64,000 nucleotides of DNA, taken from Parcubacteria group bacterium (lineage in GTDB: Bacteria; Patescibacteriota; Minisyncoccia; Phycocordibacterales; UBA2135). The notes under the pieces are model-generated. The model was not told the DNA's origin. It made no database searches and saw nothing but the letters and a program-made list of their open reading frames with translations. The stretch covers positions 12,558-76,557 of the forward strand of contig JACOWN010000004.1 of the NCBI GenBank assembly GCA_016176785.1, given 5' to 3'. Positions 51,655 to 61,962 of the stretch are shown here, piece after piece. The position numbers were made by a program, and so were the translations under genes. How positions within the stretch are numbered: the first letter of the stretch is position 1; every line of letters begins with the position of its first letter.

Positions 51655-53931
51655 CTACGGCCGCCCTCCCGCGCGGATGATCGCGATCCACTGTGCGGCT
51701 TGTTCCTTAAACCGCGGTTCAAGCTCAGCGGCTTTTTCAAGCTCGCGGATCGCATCCGCCCGCCTCCCCAATTCAACGTATGCGGCGGCGAGAGAAATGT
51801 GCGCTTGAACATCGTTCGGGTTACGACTTAAATAATCGAGCCAGAGCGCAGCGACTTTTTGAAAATTGCCGGCATCAACATATGCGGCAACAAGCGGCGA
51901 GCTGCGGACATCTATCCTGTATAATTGGCCTGCGAGCAATTCTTCAGCGCGTTTCTCGTTTCCGGTGCGGATAAGCATGGTGACGTACAAGTTCAAGGCG
52001 CGACTGTTCTTTGGCTCAAGCGCAAAAGCATCCTCCGTTGCCTTAAGCGCCCCCTTAAAATCGCCCGCATTCAGATACGCGTCAGCCAGCAAAAAATAAA
52101 TGTCTTGCTTTTTTGGCGAAGCGGCAAGAGCCTCCTTGGCATAAAAGAGCGCTTCTTTCGGCATTGAATAAGAGGCGAGAAGCGACACGAGGAACAGGTG
52201 ATATCGCGCGTTCTTGGAATTTTCTCCAATTTGCGCCAATAATTCGCCTTGAGCCAAAGTGAAAAAACTTCGTTTAATCTCTTGCGGAACCGGCGACTGC
52301 GCAAGTGAAATCGTAACTTGCGCAAGCTGTTCGCGCGCTTCGGCTCGTCCTAAATATCCCAAAGCGATCGCTCGTTCAAAGCTACGGAGTTTTTTCTCAA
52401 GTGCCGCCCGTTGTGCATCCGGAGTTCCCGCCCCTTGAGCCTCGCGGAGATCAATGCCCTGAAGAAGCGCGCGATTTGCCAAAATCCCCTTGATATTAAA
52501 AAAATAGACGCCGAAAATAATCGTGACGACGACAAGGGGGGCGACAAAACGCTCCATGATCTCGCGACGGGGCGTCTCCGCGCGCGCTCGTTTGGGAATC
52601 AAAAAAGAAAAAACAGATGGCGCCTTCTCGAACGATTGGCCGTGAATAAACGCGAGAACCAAGAAAAAGAAAACGTAACTTACAACGTTGTCAAAGACGA
52701 AAAGATTTTGAAAAAAATACGCCGCCAAAAGCCCGGTCAAAATGCTTTTTTCGGCGGGGTTGAACCGCTCCGCGCGCCTTTCCCCCCGTTCGTCGTGCCG
52801 ATTGGGATATACCCAAATCGCATACAAAAGAGCTAGAAAGATAGAAAGGTATGCGAGAAGTCCGAGGAAGCCTCCCGCGATAAGCCAGTCAAAAACGACA
52901 TTATGCGCTCGGTCAAACCACGGTTCTTGCGCGTACATCCGCGGGTCGTAGTATTTGCTGAACACAAGCATGAAATTGTCCTGTCCCCAACCGAGAAGCG
53001 GATGCTCTTTCACGCCTTCCCACGACATGCCCCACAAAAGAAAACGCGACTCCCCCACCGAAAGCGATATGTCGGAAAGCCGTCCCAGCGCGGGACTATT
53101 GTGGATGAACTCCGTCTTTCTGACAGCCATGAAGCCGCTTATTAAAATGAGAAGCGCTATGAGCGCCGCGAGCGCGGGCTTTTTCAACGAGGGCGCTTGA
53201 CGGCCGCCCCAAAAGAGCATGAGGCACGCCGTGAGTATCACACCCCCCACAAACGCAAGAATGGCGCCCCTCGTTGCGGTGTTAAATAAAATGAAAAAAT
53301 TAAGCGCTCCCGCAGCCCCGTATGTCCATTTAAGAATTCGGCTTTTGTTCTCTCCGGCAAAAAGAAAGGCGGCGAAGAAAATATGAAAGAGGAGGTACGA
53401 CGCCAGATACGTCGCGTTACCGAAGGTGGCATCAACACGAGCGCCTCCCTGATTTATCACAATGAAACCGAGAAGTTGAAAAATGCTGTAAATTGAAACG
53501 AGAACGCTCACACCAAGCGACGTTTGCAAGAATCGTGTCCACAGGGTGCGCGTCGTGAGCATTGAACCCGCAACGGCGAACAGAGCAACGAGGTGCAGAA
53601 GCGTGATGAGGCCGTCCATCCGTTCATAGTTTGACCAAAAACTCCGCAAGAAATTTTCGCCAAAAATATCGGCGGCGGTGATAATGCCAAGAAAAACAAT
53701 GAGCGTTCCCCAAATCCATGAAAACCGGAGGCGGTAGCGCGCGTCCCGCCACGCCAAAATGAGCCACCCGCCCAGAATAAGCTCAACAATGATCCGGAAT
53801 GCGAAATTTTTTCCCGTAATAAACGGAAAATACATCATTTTGGCGACGACAAAAGGCAGGAACGGAAGCAAAAAAATGCCGCCAATAATGCCGTAGCGAA
53901 GTATTTTGTTGAGCGTTCCATCCGATGGCAT
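51655..53931 (-). CDS. O-antigen ligase family (Wzy_C) protein with C-terminal TPR-like repeats
   Basis: Multi-TM; ATFGNA, TATRGA, HPLLGWG, FDRAHN..GGFLGL; helical TPR-like tail. Confidence 0.88.
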   Translation of the reverse strand: MPSDGTLNKILRYGIIGGIFLLPFLPFVVAKMMYFPFITGKNFAFRIIVELILGGWLILAWRDARYRLRFSWIWGTLIVFLGIITAADIFGENFLRSFWSNYERMDGLITLLHLVALFAVAGSMLTTRTLWTRFLQTSLGVSVLVSIYSIFQLLGFIVINQGGARVDATFGNATYLASYLLFHIFFAAFLFAGENKSRILKWTYGAAGALNFFILFNTATRGAILAFVGGVILTACLMLFWGGRQAPSLKKPALAALIALLILISGFMAVRKTEFIHNSPALGRLSDISLSVGESRFLLWGMSWEGVKEHPLLGWGQDNFMLVFSKYYDPRMYAQEPWFDRAHNVVFDWLIAGGFLGLLAYLSIFLALLYAIWVYPNRHDERGERRAERFNPAEKSILTGLLAAYFFQNLFVFDNVVSYVFFFLVLAFIHGQSFEKAPSVFSFLIPKRARAETPRREIMERFVAPLVVVTIIFGVYFFNIKGILANRALLQGIDLREAQGAGTPDAQRAALEKKLRSFERAIALGYLGRAEAREQLAQVTISLAQSPVPQEIKRSFFTLAQGELLAQIGENSKNARYHLFLVSLLASYSMPKEALFYAKEALAASPKKQDIYFLLADAYLNAGDFKGALKATEDAFALEPKNSRALNLYVTMLIRTGNEKRAEELLAGQLYRIDVRSSPLVAAYVDAGNFQKVAALWLDYLSRNPNDVQAHISLAAAYVELGRRADAIRELEKAAELEPRFKEQAAQWIAIIRAGGRP

Positions 53932-54039
53932 TTCCCCACTATACTAAAAACATCATAAAAATGCCACTTTTTGACGGGGCGGCGGTTTTCGGTGTATAGA
54001 TGATGAAGAGCCGGAGTGTCTTGAGAAAGGGCCAGGGGC

Positions 54040-55137
54040 ATGGCGAAGAGCGTTGTGTTTGTCGCTGAGCAGGAAGCGCCGTCTCAGGTTTTTGCGCGTC
54101 TCGCTGATCACATTGCGGGCCGCTACGGCCACGGCGGATGGCTTGCGTGCCATCTCGGCTACGGAGAAAAGATCAGTTCTTTTCCGCGTCTTGCGCGTGA
54201 TGTCGCGGAAGCGGTATGCGTTCTGGCCGGTGTGTCTCCGGAACGAGGTCTCGCGGACGCCGAGGTCGCTGCGTGCGGCACGGCGCATGTAAATGGTATC
54301 CCGTACGGACTCTACGCGGACACATGGAGCCGCGCGAGAGGCACAATGCATTATCCGCGTGAAGTCCGCGCCGCCGCATCATTCATTTTTCTGGCGGACG
54401 AGTGCGACAAGAAAGCCGTGCGGAAACGATTCCCGAACGCAACCGTTACGGTCACCGGCAACCCCATCTGGGAAAGTTTTTTCTTTTCCGAAGACACGAA
54501 GGATGCGGCGCGCGCATTGCTCAGCGGCGCATGCGACATATTCGGCAACCGCATCGCGTTCACGCCGCAGGACTCGGTCATTCTCTGCGCCGGAGGAACG
54601 GACTACGCCGAGAACGTTCTTCACTTCGGCAGCGTTATGAACGCCTTCGCAATGAGCCGAGGACAACTCTGGGCAAAAAATGCCGCCGTCGTTTTTGCGC
54701 CGCATCGAAGGGATTTTTCCGAGCCGGAGGCATACCGCTTCTTTTCGCGATCAGCGAATGGGGTGCGCACCTTCGTGGCGCAAGGGAGCGCGTTCCCGAT
54801 ATCGCGTCTGACCGCCGCTTCCGACCTTGTCGTTGATGCGCGGACATTGGCTGGCGTTGAGGCAATGTGTCTCCGGAAACCGGTCATTGATTTTTGCACC
54901 GCCTTATCAATCGCGCGGTATCGGAATGGGAACGGATACAGCCGTTTTGAACCGTCTCTCCGCGGCGCAGTGCATACGGTATACGGCGACACCAACATGC
55001 TCGCGTTCTCGATCCAGCATTTTTTGGGTTCGGGAGGCGCCGGCATGCGGGAACGCCAAGAATTGTTCATGCCGCGGCCGGAGCGGAAAGGAAGCGCTCT
55101 TGAAAAAATGTATGAGGCGCTGAAGAGATTTTTCTAA
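54040..55137 (+). CDS. hypothetical protein, probable GT-B fold
   Basis: VTGNP, APHRRD, ASDLVV..EAMCLRKPVI pattern typical of GT-B C-terminal domains; paralog follows. Confidence 0.65.
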   Translation: MAKSVVFVAEQEAPSQVFARLADHIAGRYGHGGWLACHLGYGEKISSFPRLARDVAEAVCVLAGVSPERGLADAEVAACGTAHVNGIPYGLYADTWSRARGTMHYPREVRAAASFIFLADECDKKAVRKRFPNATVTVTGNPIWESFFFSEDTKDAARALLSGACDIFGNRIAFTPQDSVILCAGGTDYAENVLHFGSVMNAFAMSRGQLWAKNAAVVFAPHRRDFSEPEAYRFFSRSANGVRTFVAQGSAFPISRLTAASDLVVDARTLAGVEAMCLRKPVIDFCTALSIARYRNGNGYSRFEPSLRGAVHTVYGDTNMLAFSIQHFLGSGGAGMRERQELFMPRPERKGSALEKMYEALKRFF

Positions 55138-55159
55138 CGCAAACGCCTCATGTAGCAAA

Positions 55160-55244
55160 ACCGTCCCCTCGGGACGGTTTTTTATTGACAGCTGGCCGCC
55201 TGCGTCGCGGGTTAATTAATTTGTTCAACATCGGGTGTTGAACA
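55160..55244 (+). repeat. terminator + TTGACA segment + 23-bp palindrome block, copy 1
   Basis: Near-identical to 56448-56528; palindrome at 55222-55244. Confidence 0.9.
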
Positions 55245-55322
55245 TAAAATATGTAGCACTTGACTGTTGGCCGCCTGTGTGCGAGAATGCTTCCGGACGA
55301 AAATACTGTTTGAGAGGCAGAA

Positions 55323-56413
55323 ATGAGCCTGCTGCTCCTTGTCGCTACGGATAAAGCCCCATCGTCCGCATTTGAAAAATTTGCAATCGCTACGAACATG
55401 CGCGAAAGGGGTGAGGCTGCCACTCTCATTGGCCACGGGATAAAGATTTCATCAGGAGAAGTTGGAAGCTCTTTTGCCAAGCTTAACCCGGGTTGCGTGC
55501 TCATCGGCATGTCTTCCAAAGAGATAAACTCCGAGGGAGAAATACGCGCTTGCGAGATCGCGCGTGAGCGCGGCATTCCGTATGGATTCTACGCCGACAC
55601 GTACGGCGCGGTGACCGGGCGGCCACAGTTCACTGCGGCGTTAAAGGAGGGGGCTTCGTTCCTCTTCGTGCGGAATCAGACGGAAGCCGATCGCGCGCGT
55701 GGACACTTCCCGCGCTCCGTTATCGTCGTTTCGGGCAACGTCATGCAGGAGGATTGGTTTTATCCGACCGCTACCTATGAAGACGTGCGCCGGAAGATGG
55801 ACGTCGCGCCCCGGGAACTCGCGGTGCTGTGCCCGTCCGGAAAAGAGCTCGTGGTGAACCTCATCCATTTCGGCGCGGCGATTGAAGCGGCGAAGATATG
55901 CCGTTTGGAACGCCGGATGGATATGCGCGTTTTTCTTGCTATTCATCCGGGCGATCCAAAGGAGAATTATGAACATTACCTGGCTCTTGCGAGATTTTCA
56001 CAGTCGGTGCCAGATTTTCACAGTCGGTGCCGGTTCGCGCAGTGGGAAAAGAAATAATGTCAACGGGAGAGCTTCTGGTCGGATGCGACATCGTGGTCGC
56101 ATCCATGTCAACAGTAAGCGACGAGGCGGCGTGCCAGCGAAAACCCGTCATTGATTTCATGAGTGACATAGCGCTTGGAATACACGAAAAAACAGCCGGA
56201 CGCCGCGACTGGGAACCGTGCAATGAGGGAGCTTCGTTCCCGGTCCACGGAGACACCGGTGCACTTGCGCACGCCATGCACGGACTGCTTGCGGAAGGAT
56301 CTCCGCTTCGGGTTGAGCAGCGAAAAAATCAGGAACGCATGTTCCCTCTGCCGCGGGAACGCGGAGAAGCAGTGCGCCTGATGCACGAAACTATCGTAAA
56401 GTTCCTTAAGTAA
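55323..56413 (+). pseudogene. paralog of 54040-55137 frameshifted by a 20-bp tandem duplication
   Basis: AGATTTTCACAGTCGGTGCC at 55992-56011 and 56012-56031. Removing one copy joins ORFs 55323-56057 and 56027-56413 into 356 aa. Confidence 0.85.
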
Positions 56414-56447
56414 TAAAGTTCCTTAAGTAAAACCCGCAACCGCAAAC

Positions 56448-56528
56448 ACCGTCCCCTCGGGACGGTTTTTTATTGACAGCTGGCCACCTGCGTCGTGGAT
56501 TAATTTGTTCAACATCGGGTGTTGAACA
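56448..56528 (+). repeat. terminator + TTGACA segment + 23-bp palindrome block, copy 2
   Basis: Near-identical to 55160-55244; palindrome at 56506-56528. Confidence 0.9.
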
Positions 56529-56566
56529 AAGCGGTTTTTAAAATGTATAGCGAATATGTGCCCAAA

Positions 56567-56597
56567 AAGGACCCGTCCTTCTCCTGCTTTATCCACA
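56567..56597 (-). repeat. DnaA-box-like + palindrome composite (variant)
   Basis: AAGGACCCGTCCTT 56567-80; TTATCCACA 56589-97; next to the stop codon at 56602. Confidence 0.8.
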
Positions 56598-56601
56598 GCG
56601 G

Positions 56602-57273
56602 CTATGAGTGATATTTTTCCAGCAATTCCGAGCTTGAGCGGATCTTATCGCCTCCGACATTAAAAATCATTTTAACGCCGAGTTTTTTACAGATGTCCGC
56701 TTCGGGAATGTCTTTTTCATTGCGGCGGTCGCCGCCGTTCGCAAAAATATGCGGACGAAACTTTTCAATTGCGGGAACGACATCGTTGCGTTCGCTTTCC
56801 AAAATAAAAACCTCGTCAACGCATCTCATGCTCCTGATGAGTTCGGCTCTATCGTCCTGCGACATAAACGCTTTCCCCTTCTTTCGAACAAGCCACCGGT
56901 CGCAATTCAGGACAACCACAAGCCGCGTGCCGAGTTTTTTCGCTTCTTCAAAGAGACGCAGGTGCCCCACGTGCAGCGGGTCAAAGCCGCCGCTTACCAT
57001 AACGACGGTTTCTTCAATGCGGCCGTAGTCGTCCTCGTGCCGGATGACGTCTTCTTCCCGCGGCTCTCCGAGCGCGACCTCGACATACGCTCCGCGGTAC
57101 AGCCGGTGTTTTTCCATCGGATTCACTTTGTATAATCCGAGGTGCCATTCGCTTCTCTTTGCGTGCGACTGCAAACTGGTGCGACCGGTGACGAACAGGA
57201 ACTTAAGCCAAAAATGCCTGCGGTGGAAAAACTTCCACATGCGGCCCCATGGCCTTTTTTCGTGCATTAACAT
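56602..57273 (-). CDS. mannose-6-P-isomerase-like cupin remnant fused to a cytidylyltransferase (TagD/RibL-like)
   Basis: KRPWG..SLQSH..RSEWH..EEDVIRHEDDYGR, then SGGFDPLHVGH, ANGGDR, RSSS. Confidence 0.85.
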   Translation of the reverse strand: MLMHEKRPWGRMWKFFHRRHFWLKFLFVTGRTSLQSHAKRSEWHLGLYKVNPMEKHRLYRGAYVEVALGEPREEDVIRHEDDYGRIEETVVMVSGGFDPLHVGHLRLFEEAKKLGTRLVVVLNCDRWLVRKKGKAFMSQDDRAELIRSMRCVDEVFILESERNDVVPAIEKFRPHIFANGGDRRNEKDIPEADICKKLGVKMIFNVGGDKIRSSSELLEKYHS

Positions 57274-57300
57274 AGGCAAATGCGAGTGGCGGCCCTTTCT

Positions 57301-58389
57301 TTACCCGCCGAGAGACGCTTTGGTCTTCCGCGCTTCTCCCGGCACAAAGCGCTCGTACCTTCCGTCGGTATATTGGAAAGCGTCTCCGGAAGAATGCCGG
57401 TATTCGTAACCGTGCTGCCGCGTCAATTTTGAACCGTCCATAACGATCGGGTATGAGTAAAACCGCCACACGCCGCGCGATGTGGGAACTTTGCCGCGCG
57501 TCAGATGCCAGAAAACGAAGTACGCGAGCCGGACCATCCACGGCGAAACGCGGAGCACTCGCTTCCCCACCGCGCGCGCCATATCGGGCGCAAATACCGG
57601 CTCCCCCGGCGGCGTAATGTTATACACCTCATACGCCCCCGGAACGTCCCGCAGAGACAGAAGCTCAACGATGTCCGTAACGTCATCTTCATGAATGAAT
57701 TGCCTCACCCACCACGGCGTCGCCGGCACAAAGGAAACCATAAGTGAAATGACCCGATACACGGCGTCCCCCTTCAGTTGCCCGGCGAGCGCCGATTGAA
57801 GACCGAAGCGCGTCCGCATAAACCGCCCGCGCGGACCGGTAATGGCCGCCGGACGGATGACGAATACCTGCGTCGTGCCGTTCGCTCTGTTGGAGGACCC
57901 CCGCCACAGCCGATGGAGCGATTCCTCAACGTGTTTTTTTTCAGCCCCGTACGAGTACTCCTCCTCGCGCATCGGTTCGTCCTCGGTAAACCGATGCTCC
58001 GCCGAGTTGGTCCGATATGCTCCGTATACCGCCGCGCTTGAGAAATAAATGAGTTTTTTTACCGACGGCGTCTTAAAAGCGAAAGTAAAAACATTTTCGG
58101 AACCGTCCACATTCCAGCGCCGCTGCAGGCCGCTCCGTCCATAGAGTTCTCTGATCTGCCACGCCGTATGAATAACCACATCGGGTTTTTTCTCCCGGAC
58201 CGTCGTCTGCCACGAATGGTCGGCGGTATTCGCCGTGATCCAGAAGATTTTTGCATTGTTCGTCAAAAGGTCCGGTTGCGGTTCCTTATCAAGCGCGACA
58301 ATGAGGGACACGTCGTCCCGTTTTGAAAACTGGTCGCAGAGCATTGCGCCCACATATCCCGCCGCGCCGGTTATAAATAATGTTTTCAT
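57301..58389 (-). CDS. NAD-dependent epimerase/dehydratase
   Basis: ITGAAGYVG, SSAAVYG, YGAEK (YxxxK). Confidence 0.88.
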   Translation of the reverse strand: MKTLFITGAAGYVGAMLCDQFSKRDDVSLIVALDKEPQPDLLTNNAKIFWITANTADHSWQTTVREKKPDVVIHTAWQIRELYGRSGLQRRWNVDGSENVFTFAFKTPSVKKLIYFSSAAVYGAYRTNSAEHRFTEDEPMREEEYSYGAEKKHVEESLHRLWRGSSNRANGTTQVFVIRPAAITGPRGRFMRTRFGLQSALAGQLKGDAVYRVISLMVSFVPATPWWVRQFIHEDDVTDIVELLSLRDVPGAYEVYNITPPGEPVFAPDMARAVGKRVLRVSPWMVRLAYFVFWHLTRGKVPTSRGVWRFYSYPIVMDGSKLTRQHGYEYRHSSGDAFQYTDGRYERFVPGEARKTKASLGG

Positions 58390-58422
58390 TGTATAGCGCC
58401 TATCACCGCGTGCATGACTCCC

Positions 58423-59763
58423 CTACCTTCCCGTTCGCGACAAAAGCGTCTTGACGGTCCGCAGGGCGATGACGAGGTCAAGGATGAACGACCGATTCTT
58501 TACATAATACAGGTCGTACGAGAGCCGCACCTTCATCTCCTCAATGGACTGCGGCTGGGTTTCCTGCTTGATCTGCGCCCAACCGGAAAGACCGGGGGTG
58601 ATGAGGTAGCGCGCGTCATAGTACGGCACTTCCTTACGGACCCGCTCCGCAATGCCCACCGTATCGGGGCGAGGCCCGATGAGCGACAGATCGCCGCGCA
58701 CCACATTCCACAGTTGGGGGAGCTCATCAAGGCGCGTTTTGCGAAGCACTCGCCCCACCCGCGTCGGCACATTGTCGCCTTCCCCGGGCCAGATGCCTTC
58801 CCGATTCCTGCGCAAGCTCCGGAACTTAAAGAGCGTGATAGATGCGCCTCCGCGGCCCACGCGCTCGTGGCGGTAGAGCACCGGCCCGCGGTCACTCACC
58901 CATACCGTTGCGGCGGCGAAAGGAAATAAGACCGCAAACAGGACAAGCAGGGGCAGGGCGATAATGACGTCAAACGAACGCTTCAATGTATCATACACGG
59001 GGCGCGATGATTGCGACAAGTGTTCCAAAAACCACTGATGCCGAACGAGTGACAGCGGAATGCGTTCAAAAACGGACTCATAGAGCGTGTCCAGGTCAAT
59101 GACCTCTACGCCGCGAAAGAGCAACCGGTACAAGACGGGCAGCGCCTCACGGCACTGTTCGTGTCCCATGTCTACCACAACGGCATTCGCCTTCCCCGCG
59201 AGCACGCTCTCCTCAATGCGGCGCGCAAGCGCCTTCGGCTCTATCTTGTGGGGATACAGCCGCTCAATAATGTGAAATCCGTAATAATCGTTTTTGCCGA
59301 GCGTTTCGTACAACTCCTTCGCTTCCGCGCCGCTGCCGACGAGCACCGCGCGTATGAGTTCCGCACGGCGAAGAAACCGTCCGATGTATAAACGCCATCC
59401 CAGAATGAAGAACGAGGAAACGATGAGATAAATGAACAGGTTGGTCTTGGGCGTGATGCTAAAATACGGAATGAGATAAAAGAAAAAAACCGCGATGACG
59501 ATATTCACGCTCTGGGTCCGCGCCAGATTTGAAAGCAATTTCTTTTTTGAAAAAACAGTCGCTTGGTCGTAGAGGCCCGCAATAATGAAAACGACGACCC
59601 AAAGGATAATGAGGATGGAAAAAGGCGCAATGTGGTCAGTGAATGCCGCCGGGTCTGGAAAGGAAGCTGAGCGAATCGCGAGCGCGGCAAGGAGCGCAGC
59701 GTAAAAAAGCGCCGTATCGCCGAGAAGCAAAAGCGCCATGCGCATAATCGGGCGGTTCCACAT
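58423..59763 (-). CDS. polyprenyl-phosphate priming glycosylphosphotransferase (WcaJ/WbaP family)
   Basis: 4 TM, KRSFD, FKFRS, LDELPQLWNVVRGDLSLIGPRP, PGLSGWAQ, DLYY. Confidence 0.92.
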   Translation of the reverse strand: MWNRPIMRMALLLLGDTALFYAALLAALAIRSASFPDPAAFTDHIAPFSILIILWVVVFIIAGLYDQATVFSKKKLLSNLARTQSVNIVIAVFFFYLIPYFSITPKTNLFIYLIVSSFFILGWRLYIGRFLRRAELIRAVLVGSGAEAKELYETLGKNDYYGFHIIERLYPHKIEPKALARRIEESVLAGKANAVVVDMGHEQCREALPVLYRLLFRGVEVIDLDTLYESVFERIPLSLVRHQWFLEHLSQSSRPVYDTLKRSFDVIIALPLLVLFAVLFPFAAATVWVSDRGPVLYRHERVGRGGASITLFKFRSLRRNREGIWPGEGDNVPTRVGRVLRKTRLDELPQLWNVVRGDLSLIGPRPDTVGIAERVRKEVPYYDARYLITPGLSGWAQIKQETQPQSIEEMKVRLSYDLYYVKNRSFILDLVIALRTVKTLLSRTGR

Positions 59764-59878
59764 AGTACATATCTATAACATAAAGGCGCTCGCGGAGGTT
59801 ATATACAAGACAGGCCTTCTGTGGCATCCGAAGCACTCACCAGACACCTCCGCACCGCCTGCGGCGTGATCACATCGC

Positions 59879-61063
59879 ATGCAGAAGAACAAGCACAAAA
59901 CAAAAATACTCTACGTCATCACGAAATCAAACTTCGGCGGTGCGCAGCGGTATGTATATGACCTTGCGACGTCTCTCCCGCGGGAGGATTTTGACGTTGC
60001 CGTTGCGCTCGGCGGCGATGGGCTGTTGAAGCAGAAACTTGACGAGGCGGGTGTGCGCACCGTATCCATGCCGTCGCTCCAGCGCGACATACGCGTCGCA
60101 AAAGAATTAAAAACTTTATGGCGCCTGTTCCTCCTCATTCGCCGCGAGCGCCCGCGCGTCCTCCACCTGAACAGCTCCAAAGCCGGCGCGCTCGGCGTCC
60201 TCGCCGCTCGCCTTCATAATATGACGGCTCAAGACCGTGAGCTAAAAACTAAAATCATCTTCACCGCGCACGGCTGGGCATTTAACGAGGACCGCCCGTG
60301 GTGGCAAAAAGAATGTTTCCTCGTTCTTTACTGGCTTATCGTTCTTTTGTCCCACCGGACGGTTGCCGTGTCGCAGGCGGCAAAAGATCAGGTTGCGCAC
60401 CTGCCGTTCATCGGCAAAAAAATCATCGTTATACATAACGGCGTTTCGGCTGAGAAAATGCTTGAACGCGCCGCGGCGCGGCGCGCGCTCGCGCGGCGCG
60501 CCGGCATCCCCGAGGCCGAAGCAGAAAATGCGCTGTGGATAGGCACGGTGGCGGAACTTCATAAAACCAAGGGGCTCAACTGCGCACTTGAGGCGATCCG
60601 CCTTCTCGGCGCGGCGCGGAAAAAAATTATCTACGCCGTTTTAGGCGAAGGAGAAGAACGGCGAGCGCTTGAGGAGCTCATAAAAATACACGGCCTTGAA
60701 GACCGCGTGTACCTTCCCGGATTCATTCCGAATGCAGCCGCATGCCTCAGCGCGTTTGATATTTTCACGCTTCCCTCCGTTTCCGAAGCCCTTGCGTACG
60801 CCGTCCTTGAAGCGGGGAGCGCCGGACTCCCCGTCGTTGCGACGAAAGTCGGCGGCATACCCGAGATCATCACCCATGAAGAGAACGGGCTCCTCGTTCC
60901 GCCACGGGAACCGCTTCGCCTCGCTCATGCGCTCGGCATCCTTATGGAAGATGCGGAAAAACGGGAGCGGTTCGGGGCGCGCCTTAAAGAAAAAGTAGAG
61001 TCCTCCTTCGCAAAAGAAAAAATGCTCCGCGAAACGAGCGTTCTTTACAGCGCGCGATTTTAA
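59879..61063 (+). CDS. glycosyltransferase family 4
   Basis: [40 protein letters not shown]. Confidence 0.92.
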   Translation: MQKNKHKTKILYVITKSNFGGAQRYVYDLATSLPREDFDVAVALGGDGLLKQKLDEAGVRTVSMPSLQRDIRVAKELKTLWRLFLLIRRERPRVLHLNSSKAGALGVLAARLHNMTAQDRELKTKIIFTAHGWAFNEDRPWWQKECFLVLYWLIVLLSHRTVAVSQAAKDQVAHLPFIGKKIIVIHNGVSAEKMLERAAARRALARRAGIPEAEAENALWIGTVAELHKTKGLNCALEAIRLLGAARKKIIYAVLGEGEERRALEELIKIHGLEDRVYLPGFIPNAAACLSAFDIFTLPSVSEALAYAVLEAGSAGLPVVATKVGGIPEIITHEENGLLVPPREPLRLAHALGILMEDAEKRERFGARLKEKVESSFAKEKMLRETSVLYSARF

Positions 61064-61587
61064 AACCGCGCGTTTTTTTGCAGCGCTTCCACGAGCATCG
61101 CAACCGCTTCGTCGATGCTCACCTGGTTGGTTTTGACGACCACCTCCGCATCGGTCGGTTTTTCATAAGGATTTTTTTCGCTCATGCCGATGAGATCCCC
61201 GATATCTCCGGCACGCGCTTTTTTGTAAAGCCCTTTCACATCGCGCGCTTCGCATACAGCAAGCGGGCAGTCAACAAAAACCTCAATATAGTTCTCACCC
61301 ACAATGCGGCGGTTTTCTTTCCTGTCCTCCGCATACGGCGAAATAACCGGTACAAGGATGACATCATGCGCTCTCTTTTTCTCGCACGCCAACTCGGCGA
61401 TGAGGCGATTATTCTCCCGTATGTCCTCGCGCGAAAAGCCGAGGGGCTTTTCGCGCTTATCCCTCACATCGTCGCCGTCAATGATAACGACACTCTTTCG
61501 TTGTTTTTTGAGCGCCTCGGCAAACGCCTCGGCAAGCGTCGTCTTGCCGGAGCCGGAAAGTCCCGTGAGCCATACAACAAGTCCCAT
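61060..61587 (-). CDS. cysC: adenylyl-sulfate kinase
   Basis: WLTGLSGSGKTT, DGDDVR, ISPY, RDVKGLYKKA, PYEKP. Confidence 0.95.
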   Translation of the reverse strand: MGLVVWLTGLSGSGKTTLAEAFAEALKKQRKSVVIIDGDDVRDKREKPLGFSREDIRENNRLIAELACEKKRAHDVILVPVISPYAEDRKENRRIVGENYIEVFVDCPLAVCEARDVKGLYKKARAGDIGDLIGMSEKNPYEKPTDAEVVVKTNQVSIDEAVAMLVEALQKNARF

Positions 61588-61623
61588 ACTATATCTATAA
61601 CTAGCACACGTATAAAAAAGTAA

Positions 61624-61943
61624 ACCCCCACACCTTTTCTCTCATTGCAGACTTTCAGTAATTCTTCTTTTGAGTTGCGTTAATGCTTTGCCATCTTTTT
61701 TGAGAGTTGCTTCTCTTTTTCTCGCGTCACCCTCGCTATAAAATGCCTCGTAGTAGCGCAACTCCAGAGGACGCCTTGGTTTTGTGGATGGCACCTCTCC
61801 TCCGTTATGTCCTCTCGGGTCTGCGTCTCAAATCATTGGTGCATCCAATGTAGAGCTTCTCATCTTTTTTACTTTTCAAAATATAAAGATAAAACACCAG
61901 CTTATTATATGATTTGAGACAATGAGAGGAAAGGTGTGGGGGT
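61624..61943. mobile_element. putative MITE-like unit: GIY-YIG gene bounded by 24-bp inverted repeats
   Basis: ACCCCCACACCTTTTCTCTCATTG (61624-47) versus CAATGAGAGGAAAGGTGTGGGGGT (61920-43), 23/24 complementary. Confidence 0.6.
61642..61897 (-). pseudogene. GIY-YIG nuclease, +1 frameshift
   Basis: FYLYILKS..LYIGCTNDLRRR, then in another frame HNGGEVPSTKPRRPLELRYYEAF..ARKRE..LK; span 256 nt. Confidence 0.85.
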
Positions 61944-61962
61944 AAAAAAAACGCCAGTGGTA

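Noticed and set aside
55160-56528. Integron attC sites
   Set aside because: No convincing RYYYAAC...GTTRRRY boundaries, the genes have their own promoters, and no integron integrase is in the window.
51575-59842. Shared 12-mer AAGCACTCACCA at 51575 and 59831
   Set aside because: A single 12-nt match is expected by chance in 64 kb and does not extend.
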